Positions 10,106 through 21,765 of a DNA stretch of 64,000 nt are shown piece after piece. The DNA lies in the NCBI GenBank assembly GCA_000004985.1, contig GG738845.1. The stretch is one strand, 5' to 3'. Under the pieces are notes generated by a model. The model saw only the letters and a program-made list of their open reading frames with translations, searched no databases and was not told the DNA's origin. The translations under genes and the position numbers were made by a program. This DNA comes from Naegleria gruberi (taxonomy: Eukaryota). Position 1 is the first letter of the stretch. Every line of letters begins with the position of its first letter.

Positions 10106-10987
10106 TTACAAAATCAAGCAAAACTTCTTCTTACGCCCGTTCGGAGACTCCTTAGCTGGTTTATCTTTGAATTTCTCTGGGTTCAATACTGATGCAATAG
10201 CATTAATAAATACATCATCCAAACCCTCTCTTGTCTTGGCACTACATTCGCAATAAGTGACACATCCAGTTTGTTTAGCCATGTCTTCTCCTTCCTTTCC
10301 TTCGACCAATGAATCTCCTGCTTCCTTAACTGATCTTATAGTCTTTGGATCGGTAATCAAATCCTTCTTGAGTCCAATTAATATTATTGGAGTTTGCTTC
10401 TTACAATGTTCCTTGATTTCGGGTATCCACTTTTCTCTTACATTGTTTAAACTAGTTTTAGATATCATTGAGAAACAAACTAAGAACACATCGGTCTCAG
10501 AATAACTCAATGGACGCCTTAATGTTATGTATTGTTTAATATTGTTGAATAAGTATTAAATAGAAGGAAGAATTAATAAAACTTACAATGAGTCATAGTC
10601 TTCTTGACCAGCCTTTTTGAATTTGATTAATATAAATTAAAACTATTATAATTCTACATACAGTATCCCACAAACCAAGACTCACAGTTCTGTTTTCATA
10701 GAGGGTGTTGGCATTGTAGTTATCAAAGACAGTAGGCATGTATTCTATATGAATTTTCTTAAATAAGCAAATAGAACAATTTGAATCCACTCACCTTCCG
10801 GAAATTGGTTATTAGCATAACAATAGAGCATGCCTAAAATTCATTTAATTTAATGATGATAATTTCAAATAACATACAAGTTTTACCAACTGCTCCATCA
10901 CCGACAACAACAACCTAAGCGTCAAGAATTTCAAGTCAGTATAACTTGGCTAGTAAAAAAATTCCTTACCTTAACTGATGTATCCAT
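10106..10987 (-). CDS. Rac/Rho-family small GTPase with CAAX end CLIL, 6 exons. Exons: 10970..10987, 10878..10914, 10795..10833, 10662..10744, 10587..10612, 10106..10517.
   Basis: Spliced product [41 protein letters not shown]...[31 protein letters not shown]... All five introns have GTAAGG/GTATGT/GTGAGT donors and AG acceptors. P-loop, switch II DTAGQE and CAAX box are present. Confidence 0.9.
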
Positions 10988-11142
10988 TTTTTATTTTTTG
11001 GGTGGGAAATGTGAACAAAGATTCTAAGGCGAATAATAACAGTCAAAATATTTCTCCATAACTATGTATAACTAACTTAATCGTTCTCTCCAATATATAT
11101 GAAGGAAGGAAAGCATTAAAAACTAGAAATTTTATGAGTAAC

Positions 11143-12489
11143 TTAGATGATACCTGGAATATAGATATACTTGACAGTGTTGCAATATGTGTCCCAATCT
11201 TCCTTATACTTTCTTCTACATCTCTCCATATCTCTGTGAGCTCTGTGAATAATCATACCAGTAAAGAAACAGAAATAAAAGTATGGAATGAAACTTCCAA
11301 ATCCACAGATAAGGCCCCATGACAAGGCCATAATAATATCGGCAGAGTAGTGTGGCTTTCTAGCATAGGCCCAAACACCATCAACCAACAATTCACTTCC
11401 AGCTTTAGTCTTCAATGCCTTGGCATTGTCTGGCAAGGTTCCCCATGGTAATTGTGGGAAGGTATTTCTAACTTGGAAAGTACCAGCCTTCTTCATACGG
11501 AATCTGTTACGTTGACTTTGAGAAACATCCCAAATGTAGTAAGCAAACAATAAAGCAGCAAATAGAATTGCAATGTACCAAATTGGGTGATCAATTTCAG
11601 TACCCTTCTTCAAAATATAAATAGAGGAATAACAATAAACGAAAGGAACACCAGCTAAATTCCAGAAAATCAATAACCAACCCCACTTTTCATAGAAAAT
11701 GTCCCAAGTTGAAACAATACATTCTTCACCCTTCATAATAGCATTACAATACAAGAAATGGGCAGTAATCATAAAGATCATTGGTCCTGTAATATAACCC
11801 AATTGTTCAAATTGTTTGGCAGCAGCAGAAATTGTCAACATGAATAATAAAACCCAAGAAATTCTGGCTTCGGTAAACATCTTCAAATCCAAAGGACCCA
11901 ATCTAGGGTTCAAAATGGCACCCATAAAGTAATCATAAATAAAATTACCAGACATACGATGTTGTCTTCCAATAGCAATAGTATAGAAATAAGTGAAAGC
12001 AGCAACAAGATTACTGAAAATCATGGCAACTGTTAAAACTGAAGCATAATTATCCAACAACATGGAAATTGGAGCAATACCAGTAACGTACAAGACAGCA
12101 ACAGTAATCAAAAGAATATACCAAGATTGAATAGCATTACAATTGTAAACAAGACGCTTATTTCCTTCATGCTTGAGTGGGAGACCATCATGGAAGTGAC
12201 CTGGAATCAACCAAGCCAACAATCCTTCAAAAGTAATAAATCCCATATAAATATTAAAAGCAGTCCAATTTGGCTTGGCAATAGCCCAAGCAGATTGCCA
12301 ATCAACATCCCAGAACCAAACTAATTTAGAATTGTTGAATTCCAAACAATACCAATAATAGTATGGGATTATATGAGAGAAAATAATTATGGCCAAACAT
12401 CCCCATGGTCCACCAAATTCTCTTCCTTCATCAACATCTTCGCCGTTATCTTTGCGATTAACGGTGGCCTCTTTAGCTGTTGTACTCAT
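11143..12489 (-). CDS. ERG4/ERG24-family sterol reductase, most similar to delta-24(28) sterol reductase ERG4
   Basis: Family signature LLVDGVWAYARKPHYSADIIMALSWGL. HRMSGNFIYDYFMGAILNPRLGPLDLKMF closely matches yeast Erg4 [29 protein letters not shown]. Multi-pass membrane protein, 448 aa. Confidence 0.85.
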   Translation of the reverse strand: MSTTAKEATVNRKDNGEDVDEGREFGGPWGCLAIIIFSHIIPYYYWYCLEFNNSKLVWFWDVDWQSAWAIAKPNWTAFNIYMGFITFEGLLAWLIPGHFHDGLPLKHEGNKRLVYNCNAIQSWYILLITVAVLYVTGIAPISMLLDNYASVLTVAMIFSNLVAAFTYFYTIAIGRQHRMSGNFIYDYFMGAILNPRLGPLDLKMFTEARISWVLLFMLTISAAAKQFEQLGYITGPMIFMITAHFLYCNAIMKGEECIVSTWDIFYEKWGWLLIFWNLAGVPFVYCYSSIYILKKGTEIDHPIWYIAILFAALLFAYYIWDVSQSQRNRFRMKKAGTFQVRNTFPQLPWGTLPDNAKALKTKAGSELLVDGVWAYARKPHYSADIIMALSWGLICGFGSFIPYFYFCFFTGMIIHRAHRDMERCRRKYKEDWDTYCNTVKYIYIPGII

Positions 12490-12625
12490 TTTTTTTTAAC
12501 ACGGAACATGAGAAACCGCCCAAGATTTAACAATATCTCTTGTCAACAGCGCACTAGTCGGAAGTATTATCAAACAACACAAGAGAACAAAACATTTCAT
12601 CTAAACAACAACATGATGGAATTTA

Positions 12626-14213
12626 TTAAAGAGAGGCTGCTTTATTCCATTCATACAATTCTGGTGTCATGGTTGATAATTTGCTATCATGATATAGCCT
12701 CTCAATTTCATGTTCGATTTGAGATGGATGAATATTGCTTAGTCTGACCTTGGTTGAAGCTTGTTCCTTTCTTGTAGAGGGAAAATCTTTGGTTGTAAAA
12801 CGAATCAATCTCAATTCGAGGAGTGAAATAAAATTTTGGAAAACTACCTGATTATCTGTCTCAATCAATGTTCTTCCCTCTGAAAACAAGTGTTCTTGTC
12901 TAATATTGGATGATTGAGCTCCTCCAGATGCAAACTTCATATATAAATTAAAGAGTGTGTCAAAAGTAATATCAATGGAAGAATTCTTTGCATTGTAAAG
13001 AGATTCAATCTTCTTTACTGCACACAATAAAATCAATTGACATTGATTGAGTCTAGGAATGGAGGATAATCTTTCATTGTGCCTATTATTTACAAGAGAC
13101 AAGAAGGATTGAATAAAAATTTCTGGTGTGAAAATCTCCATGGTCGAGTCCACAATTGGGTATTTTTGAATTTTTTCCAATACTAGGTCAAAAATCCTTG
13201 ATGCCAAATTAAAGTAAAATGAGCAATTTGGATGTAAGACACACTCTTCCAATATTTGTACCACATCAGGATTCAGTAACATATTTTTTAGACTATTATT
13301 GTAGAACTCGATCGATGCATCTTCCGAGTTGTCTGTAATCCCTAAATAAAATTCCATCACTTGTGAAACTTGTGCTGCATTTCTTGGGAGGAAGGTATAA
13401 ATCTTCCTGGAAGAAAATCTACTCCTTACTCTTCTATCCATAGATAGGGCAATTGAAGAGCTTTTCGAAATTCCAATAATAATAACACTCAATTTGGATT
13501 CATGACAAGTATCAGTGATGGTGTATAACATTTTCCCTGAATATTTACATAGATTTTCAAATCCATCCAATACAAATACTAAACTTTGATTCGGAAAGTT
13601 TTTGAGAGCTTTTAAAAATTCCACACTTTTTGCTTGCTCATCAAAATCGTCATCCTCCTCGAAATATGATTCATTAGTTGTTGATGGTGATGATTCTTCA
13701 TCATCTGATTTACATTTTTCCAATTCTTGAAGTACACTTCCTAACAAGTGGGCATCAGTTGACACATTTGAGCCATCAATATAAACAGATTTGAATGAAT
13801 ATTTAGATGATTTTCTCAACTCATTCAATGTATATCGTATTAAATGTTTTTTCCCTGATCCACCAGGTCCAATAATCATTACCGAGTCATTCGAAAATGT
13901 TGTAAAAGCATGAGCCAAGAAAGATGACAAGGATTGGCTTGGTTGTTGTAAGAGTGGTGGTAAATAATTTTCAATATGATGAATTGGATCCAGTTGTTTG
14001 ATTAGTGAGTCTTTGATCGGATTTTTAGGTTTTTGATGTTCAATTATTGTTGGTTCCGATATTGTTGCTGGAGGTATGTCTTCAGGTATATCGAATTTTA
14101 CCACTTCATCATCTGTAAATTCTTCAACTAGTTTTTTACCACGTTCTCTACAATTCACAATATTTCACTTTTAAATCAATTTATTTCAAAATAACTCACC
14201 TCTTTCTTTTCAT
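12626..14213 (-). CDS. Origin recognition complex subunit 4 (ORC4), AAA+ ATPase. Two exons: 14200..14213 (MKRK-) and 12626..14147, intron 14148..14199 (GTGAGT...TAG).
   Basis: VMIIGPGGSGKKHLIRYTLNEL and VFVLDGFENL...SVIIIGISKS...LSMDRRVRSRFSSRKIYTF align with human ORC4 [22 protein letters not shown] / IFILDEFDLF...IAVIGLTCRLD...LEKRVKSRFSHRQIHL. An acidic insertion follows Walker A. Confidence 0.8.
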
Positions 14214-14278
14214 TTTTTATTTCTAAATAATATTTTATAAATAAGAGGAAGAATTTTAATGGGAAACTCAGATAGTTA

Positions 14279-17182
14279 TTAAATACCACACTTGGCTTGT
14301 CTCATTTCTCTGTATAATTCAATAGCCTTCCTATCGAATGAAACAATTTTGGAGACTAGCTGAGAGAGGGGCTCACTGCTACTAGTATTGGTTTGCTGGC
14401 ATAGAAGTGTTGAGGTGTTGTGTTCAAGTTGTTCAAGTGTAGTGTGGAGGTGTTGAATTTCATCTCCAAAGTTCTGCATTGTCTTGATGAGTTCAATCAA
14501 TTCCTCTTTAGAGGAGAGTCTTGGATAGGTCTCTGAACCAAGTAACTCATTTCTATAGTGTAGAAAGTGTTGGAACTTGGAGAGAATGGAATATCGAGCA
14601 AGAAGAAGAGAATGAAAATCACTACCCTGAAGTAGGACATCGAAAGAGTGTAGAGTACGTGAAGAGGGAGATATTCTCAATTTCAATTCATGACCATAGG
14701 GAGTAATGAGAGAGGTGGACGATGAGAAATTATTGGAAGTGAGAGAAACCAACTCTCTATTCAACACATTTTTGGGTAAATCTTGGCGGAGTGGAATTTG
14801 AAGAATGGATTGCCAATTGTTGGTGAAATCTTCCTCCAATGGATTGAATCGAAGTTTGAACCCATGAGTCATGGATGGCATAAAATTGGAGAGAGTGGCA
14901 TAATTTGTCAATCCCTTATTCATTAGAGATTTTAGTCGTTGTTTTGAACTCTCTACTCGTATCAATCCCAAATTCTTTTTCATATTCACAAACTGAGGAG
15001 TGGATGGTTGAATAAGATCGATCAAATTAAATTCTTGTCTCTTAATTTCCAAAGAAAATTGACTCTCCGCATGACTAAAAGTCAATAAGAAGGTAACTTT
15101 GAATGGGCTATTGAGATTATTGATAGAGTTGATTAGGGAAATACTTCTCTTCCATGTATCTCCAGGTTCTAAATACATGATTGGATAAGAGAATGATTTA
15201 AATGGTGAATATTCTTGCTCCAGAACAATAATAATAGTCCACTGGTTGGTAATGACGAATTGGGATCCATTGAAAAGTGTGCATTCCAATAACATTTCCA
15301 AATTTTCCTTATTGGCTTTGCATTTCCAAAGTAGAGGTGATTTTCTTTCCTTGATCCTTCCACTCGTGTAGCAAATGCATAGCAATATTGAGAGAATAAA
15401 TTTCTTGATTCAGTTGCATTTCTCTCTCAGTTAAGGTTTGTAGTTTGGTTTGATTTTCATCCAATTTAACAATCATATCTCTGATACCTGTTTGCAATCT
15501 ATTGAGGATGGCTGTCCTACTCATAGATTCATCAACACTTTCATGAGAAGGTATTGACAAGTGTTGCAATTGACCCTCTCTTGTAAACACTGTACAAAAA
15601 CCTTTTGGCTTGGAAGGTATGGTTGGCTGTCTCTGATCAGATGCAAAACTCAACTGGGAGAGTGATACATCAAGATTGATGTTTGGATTTTGGTAAAGTT
15701 TCTGATTTTTCAATTCCTGAATAAATAAAATGTCAGTGTTGGAGGAAATTTCTCTGAGATGAATATTTTCTGGAATGATTAGTTGTCTAGAGTTCTTTGA
15801 GAATGAGAATGGATTATCACCTGTTGCAATCTTGGAGAATATATTTAATGAAAACATTGAACCAATCTGATTACTGAAAATTAATTGATCCTTATGTACG
15901 ATTGAGGAGACAATTTGTTGGTCAATGTACCAAGATCGATGAATTATTCTCTCAGAGTCGTGATATAATAATACAATATGTCCAAATCGTCTAAAAATTA
16001 TTATATCAAAAAATATCAATTTAAAACATACCCAATCAACAGTAAAGAGTTAAACTTTTTCACGGAGGAATCGGTGGAAATAATTATTGGAATAATGTTT
16101 TGTACAGGATCTCTAAGTTGAGTGATTTTTCTATGACAAGTGCTTTGGGTGAATCTCTGAATTACATTATGATTTGAGGGAAAACAGCAAACTGAGCCAT
16201 CATTACATCCAATAACACACACTGAGGAAGTTAAAAATACAAAATCTCTTCCAAATAGGCATTTGAATAGTTCTTCATCTGCAATAAAGCTATTCTGATC
16301 GAAAACTATTGAATCACTCTTCTCTTCACAATAGTATAGTGCAGTCATTCTACAAGAAGCGAAGCTTGGGAGTTTGGCATGTGGAATAATTGTTAAATCC
16401 TCAGAATCCTCTTCCTGATATAATTTGAATACACGGTCCCCTGACAGCAAAAGTATATGTTTACCAGAGTTGGATTTTTTAGATTCGTCATTGATGAGTG
16501 TCTTGAGTGTCTCTGATTCAACTGATTGAATTTGAGATACCACCCCAACATTGGACACACTCGTTAAAATATCACCATCTCCCAACTCTTTCACAATAAT
16601 TCCATGACTATTTACAATTTCATCTTTCCAATCCAATTCGATTGATTTAATTTTATCCTTTGAAACTTTTGTAAATTTAGAAGGTATTTTAGCATTAGTT
16701 TGGTTTGGTTTGTTAAATTCCTTTTTCGATTTTCTCTTCTTTTCTTTTTTTAATATTTCGAATAAATATACATTTTTATCAGAACAACTAATCACTATTG
16801 AAATCTTTTTCTTTTTTCTCAAATAAATATGATGACATGAAATTGACAGATTAGGCTTACATAAAATAATTTGTTTCAATTCATAATTTACCAAGATGTG
16901 AATTATCGAATCAGACGAATGAATAGAAGTGATTACTCTTTCCATATTATCCTCCTTGATAATTATCGACTGCATCCGATTGGAGAATGGTGAATTATTT
17001 TCTAGAGTATTAAATTCCTGATGATCAATTACTCCTCCACTCCAAAATTTAATTGTTTGTGAATCCTCTCGGAAATTAATTCTCATAATTCGATTAGAAG
17101 AATCGGCACCATAACTCGTCCCAACACTAGGAATTTGTGGAGAGGAAAAACCTGGGGATGCATCAAAATTGATACTAGACAT
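14279..17182 (-). CDS. Large (about 950 aa) hypothetical protein in three ORF segments. One clear intron (GTATGT...TTTAG, about 15977..16017) plus an unresolved frame change near 15309..15385.
   Basis: Three consecutive minus-strand ORFs with matching composition. The 16016/16019 junction resolves cleanly by splicing. The 15309..15385 overlap is open in both frames with no acceptable GT...AG pair. No recognisable domain. Confidence 0.5.
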
Positions 17183-17999
17183 TTTTTTTTTCAAATACCT
17201 TTCTATTGCATCGGAAGTATTAATAATTGATCATCAATCCATTGTAAGTATTCCTCGTTGTAATAGTATACCAGATTTTTATTATCTCAAATTCCATCTT
17301 TATCTGTTGCATTTTCTCAAGAAGAACTAAACAACGTTTGTATCAAAACGATAGGAATTTAAATTGGAACGGGCAAGAATGTTTTAAAAACATGAACTTG
17401 CTTCCATCTCTCGCTCTGTTAGCGTCTGAACTTTTATAGTAGTCCCTCCTCTCCTCCTCAAACCCAAATCAAACTCGGGCAAATTTTATGCATACAAACT
17501 ATTTGTGTTCATCGATAGAAAAGCATTCAAAATTGCCTTCCTTAGCGATGCTAAGAGAGCTTTTTTCATGGCCAAGAATCGGCGAAACAGCCAATTTCCA
17601 AACAAATTATTCATCAAGCTCAATCTGGTAAGGACGGTTAAAATGAATATTTTAATTTCACCATGGTACAACTTTCTTCCAATACTCCACGCAGCAACAC
17701 AAAGAGAGGAGGAACGCATTCCTCTATCGAAACAATTGTTAGCAATTCAAAAAAACAACAACACAACCAACACAAGGAAGAGTACTCTTCAAAATAAATA
17801 GTAGTAATAATAGTAATAATAATCATTTTCAGCATTAAACGCCAGGCCACCATCTTTCTTGGGTGAATTGATTATCCTGTTAGCACTACCAAGAGAGCTA
17901 TTGAAATAATACTCCTCTCATCATCCTCATACAAAAAGAAGAGAATATTCTCTCTCTGAGAAAAACAAGGTAATCCGAAAGACAATCAAAATTATCAAG

Positions 18000-20210
18000 A
18001 TGAATTCAGCTGACCCAAACAGTAATAACAATAACAACAATAATACTGAACAGAAAATTCAAATTAATATAATGAATACACCAACACCACCCTCTCAATC
18101 ACAACCAATCCTTCAAACAATAACTTCTGGATCTACAAACTCATCCAGTACAGATTCCAATGAAATCACTGATGCACCAATCCTTCAATCACAACAAACA
18201 CATGCACAACATCAAGGAGCACAGCAATCGGGCAAGACATACTCAACAATTGCTTGTCTTTTATGCAGGTAAGTAAATAATTGATATTATTTCATAACAA
18301 GTTGATGACATCTTTATAGAAAGGCTCATCGTAAATGTGACAGAGTGTATCCTGTCTGTAGTGAATGTAATTGTAGGGGACTTTCTGATAAGTGTGCCTA
18401 TCAACAACCAAAGAAGAGAGGACCAAAGAATGCCAATATCAATATTACTACCACACCTCCACTCACTAAAATACCTCCCACTTGTTCAATCCCAACAAAT
18501 ATGAACAGTATTTCTATTGGCGCAAATGGTGTCAGCAATCTACGAAAGAATTCTCCATCAAGAAAGAATGCACATCCACAACAAGTGATTCATACCCAAT
18601 TTTCATCCATTAATGAACCAGTCAATTATGATGTTCCTCCTCCTTCTCTAAATAATAATTATTCGAATCAACCAATGCATCAAACACATGCACCACAAGC
18701 ATCCTCAAGTAATCATTATCATCCTCCTCAACAAACTCCTCCACAACATCACTATCCTTCCAACTCTTATGGTAATAACAACTCTTATGGTAATAATAAT
18801 AACAGCAACTATCCACATTCAATCGAATCTAACACTAGACATTCTAGACATCCTTATGCCGATTCTGCATCACCATCTCACAATTACAGATATAACCCTT
18901 ATCCATCCACCCAACAAACTCCACCACCACCACCAATGAATGCAATGAATACAATGAATACAAATCAAGCAACTTCCTCTTCTCCACCAATGCAAGATCG
19001 TTATATTTCAAAGAGAGAATTGGCAACAAGTTTGTCCACGCTGAGAAATATCAATTCTTTTGAAGCATTCGACATTGATATGCATGCTCATCATGTTATT
19101 GACCTCTACTTTAACAGATACATTATGGGTTATCCTCTCATTAAAAGAGAAGATTTGGAGAGTATCATTTCAAGACGATTGTCCAGAAATTCTAGAATTC
19201 CTCCAATTTCAGACGAAAAGGATGAATACTATATTTGTTCATTCTATTGTGTGTGTATGCTGGTATTCCAACGAGTTGGAAAGAAGGGTATTGCTCATAC
19301 CTTTTATTCCAGAGCTAATCAAATCAGCTCAAGATTACTCTTCTATGAAGAAGAAGATGGGCCAGGCAATGCTAATAAGGTTGGTTTGAATTTTGAATTG
19401 TGTATGATTCTTTCCTTGCTATGTATATACTCAGTTGGTAATGGTGACTTTAGGAAGGCATCTGTCTATTACAATATTGGTATGAGCTTTATTCAACAAG
19501 TGAATTTGTTGGGAGAATCTGAGCGAGGTTTTTTGATTGCATACTACGGTTTTTGCGAATTGATGCTTTTTAACGAGACTAGGGATCAAATCAAGTGTTT
19601 TTCAATTATTGTAAATAAGCACGTGAAGGGAAATTTGAATTTCATTCATAGTTCTCAATTCCAAACACTTGATTCTTGCTTGGATATCTTGCAAATTCTT
19701 CATGATAAGCAAAAAGGTATTATGCAACCAAAGAATTTTGATATACCTGAAGGATATGAATCTGTTCTTCAAAATAGATTTGACATTATCAATACTCATT
19801 TTGACTTTTTAAGACTAGGATTGGAAATTAAGGCCATATTAACATTCTCTCCTAATTATGATGAGAGGCAGAAACAGTTGGCTGACTATATTCTCAGTCT
19901 TACATCCTCTGTATCATTTGAAGATGCTTCAGCACTCATTGTAGAGCCAGTGGTGTTGGCATGTAGAATTATTCTTAAGCACACCGACTCATACTTTGAT
20001 CCAAATAGTGTGAGAGCTTGTTTATTATCTCTTCACAGTCTTGATAAGAGATTCTCCTCTGTGAGAAAAGTTTATGGAGATATTTTTGATGCTATCGAAA
20101 ATAGATATCTCTACTATAATAATAATACTACTACTACTACTCCTAATAACAATGTTAGTGGTAGCTCTGTAAATAATGCTCTTCCACATTCCAATCCAAA
20201 GATGCAATAA
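18000..20210 (+). CDS. Zn(II)2Cys6 (GAL4-type) binuclear-cluster transcription factor, about 719 aa. Two exons: 18000..18268 and 18321..20210, intron 18269..18320 (GTAAGT...ATAG) falls inside the zinc-cluster motif.
   Basis: The spliced product gives CLLCRKAHRKCDRVYPVCSECNCRGLSDKC (CX2CX6CX6CX2CX8C). The N-terminus is poly-N/Q/S/T rich, as is the middle. Confidence 0.8.
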
Positions 20211-20247
20211 ATTGCTAGTCTCTTATTTATTAATTCAAAAAAAATAT

Positions 20248-21612
20248 TTATATACTGCTACTAGCTTGATGTTCAGAAGTATCAACATTAGTTGTTGGTG
20301 TTAACGAATTCAATTCAACAATGGAAAGATTAGAGTCAATAGTCAACATTTGTGGTTGAGTCGAATTTTCTGGTAATTCAACTATTTGACTTTCGTCATC
20401 CTTCAATTGAACAGAGTGGTTAGGATGGAGACCAACCATTTCCTTTGCTTTGAATTTCAATTCTTGTATTACAAATTGTAAAGGTTCAGAATTAATAATT
20501 GGCAATTTGTAAGGCCAAAATATCAAACTCACACATACTGCCAAAGTACTATAAGGAATTAATTTGGCAAGAGGATACATAATCCAGTTAGGTGCTACAG
20601 TACTAATAGCCACACCAATAGACTCAATGACAACACCCACACCTATAATTGCAACTCCACTTGTTAATTTGATAATTGTTTGTTTTTGCATTTTGTAAAC
20701 TTCAGAATCTTCTGGATGTAATCTATTAGCTCTCTTCAATGCACTCACAATAATAGCCACAGCAATAATACTCATGAAAAAGACAATGGCAGTCGATGAT
20801 CCTAACAAGGGAGTTGTAATTGCATACGAGAATAAACTTCTGTATCTTTCACTGTCGAATGTAACATTTGGATTCTTTTCAATTACCATTGCAACAATTG
20901 CAACAACAATGACAGGAATTAAACCTAATATTGCCAAAATATTACACACAATCAACAATACGTAGACAATCCATGTAAGAATGAGTCTCTTCTTCTTATT
21001 TTCAAACCAAATAATGCAAACTTTTAACCAAATTGGAATCATGAGTGAATAGTTCAATAAAAACCAATACATTCCAATATAATCCAATATTCTTCTAACC
21101 TGAAGACAAATTATAAATTCATCATATCTATTCATCAAATCAAAAGTGTGTTGTAAAATTGTTTCTGCTTCCACACCTATCCGAAAGATAACAAATGCAA
21201 TGGTAGAATGAATAAGAATGTAAAAGAAACCTTTTGAAGTTTGTTGTGTTGATTCATTTCCACAACATTTCTTTAAATTTTCCACCATGTTCTTTACAAT
21301 TTTAAATGACCTTCTCTTGAAATAAACAATTAAACATGGCATTAGAACTAAACACATGATAGTAATGGAAACTCCATCAACAACAAGATTTGCAATACTA
21401 TCTCCATATGGATTGAAGGCAACTGTTTGATTTCTTGTTGAGGTGGATTGATTACTGGCTTGAAGTGAGGAAAATATTTCATCTAAAATATATGGTGGTG
21501 ATGGTATGATGGTGAAGGTTGTGATGGGAATTAATGCATGGGCAGTATTTGTCATCTCTGATGACATGTTTGATGTTTTTTTTTTATTAAGATGATGTTT
21601 GAAGCGGTACAT
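20248..21612 (-). CDS. Multi-pass (7-8 predicted TM helices) membrane protein, possibly GPCR-like, with a Ser/Thr-rich C-terminal tail
   Basis: Seven or more hydrophobic 20-25 aa stretches separated by short loops. No family-specific motif recognised. Confidence 0.45.
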   Translation of the reverse strand: MYRFKHHLNKKKTSNMSSEMTNTAHALIPITTFTIIPSPPYILDEIFSSLQASNQSTSTRNQTVAFNPYGDSIANLVVDGVSITIMCLVLMPCLIVYFKRRSFKIVKNMVENLKKCCGNESTQQTSKGFFYILIHSTIAFVIFRIGVEAETILQHTFDLMNRYDEFIICLQVRRILDYIGMYWFLLNYSLMIPIWLKVCIIWFENKKKRLILTWIVYVLLIVCNILAILGLIPVIVVAIVAMVIEKNPNVTFDSERYRSLFSYAITTPLLGSSTAIVFFMSIIAVAIIVSALKRANRLHPEDSEVYKMQKQTIIKLTSGVAIIGVGVVIESIGVAISTVAPNWIMYPLAKLIPYSTLAVCVSLIFWPYKLPIINSEPLQFVIQELKFKAKEMVGLHPNHSVQLKDDESQIVELPENSTQPQMLTIDSNLSIVELNSLTPTTNVDTSEHQASSSI

Positions 21613-21765
21613 AACACATGAAGTTCATATTCTAATGCTAATTAAAGAAAGCACATACGGTGGTATTAATAGTGATTTCTTGTTGCCATATTGGAAATTA
21701 TGATAATGAAATTGTGGTTGATGAAATGCATTTTATTCCACTTGTAATAAAATTGTTGGTATAAC

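Noticed and set aside
17486-17853. Small ORFs on both strands upstream of the Zn2Cys6 TF gene
   Set aside because: No coding-like composition or motif. The region is better explained as promoter / long 5' UTR (see finding).
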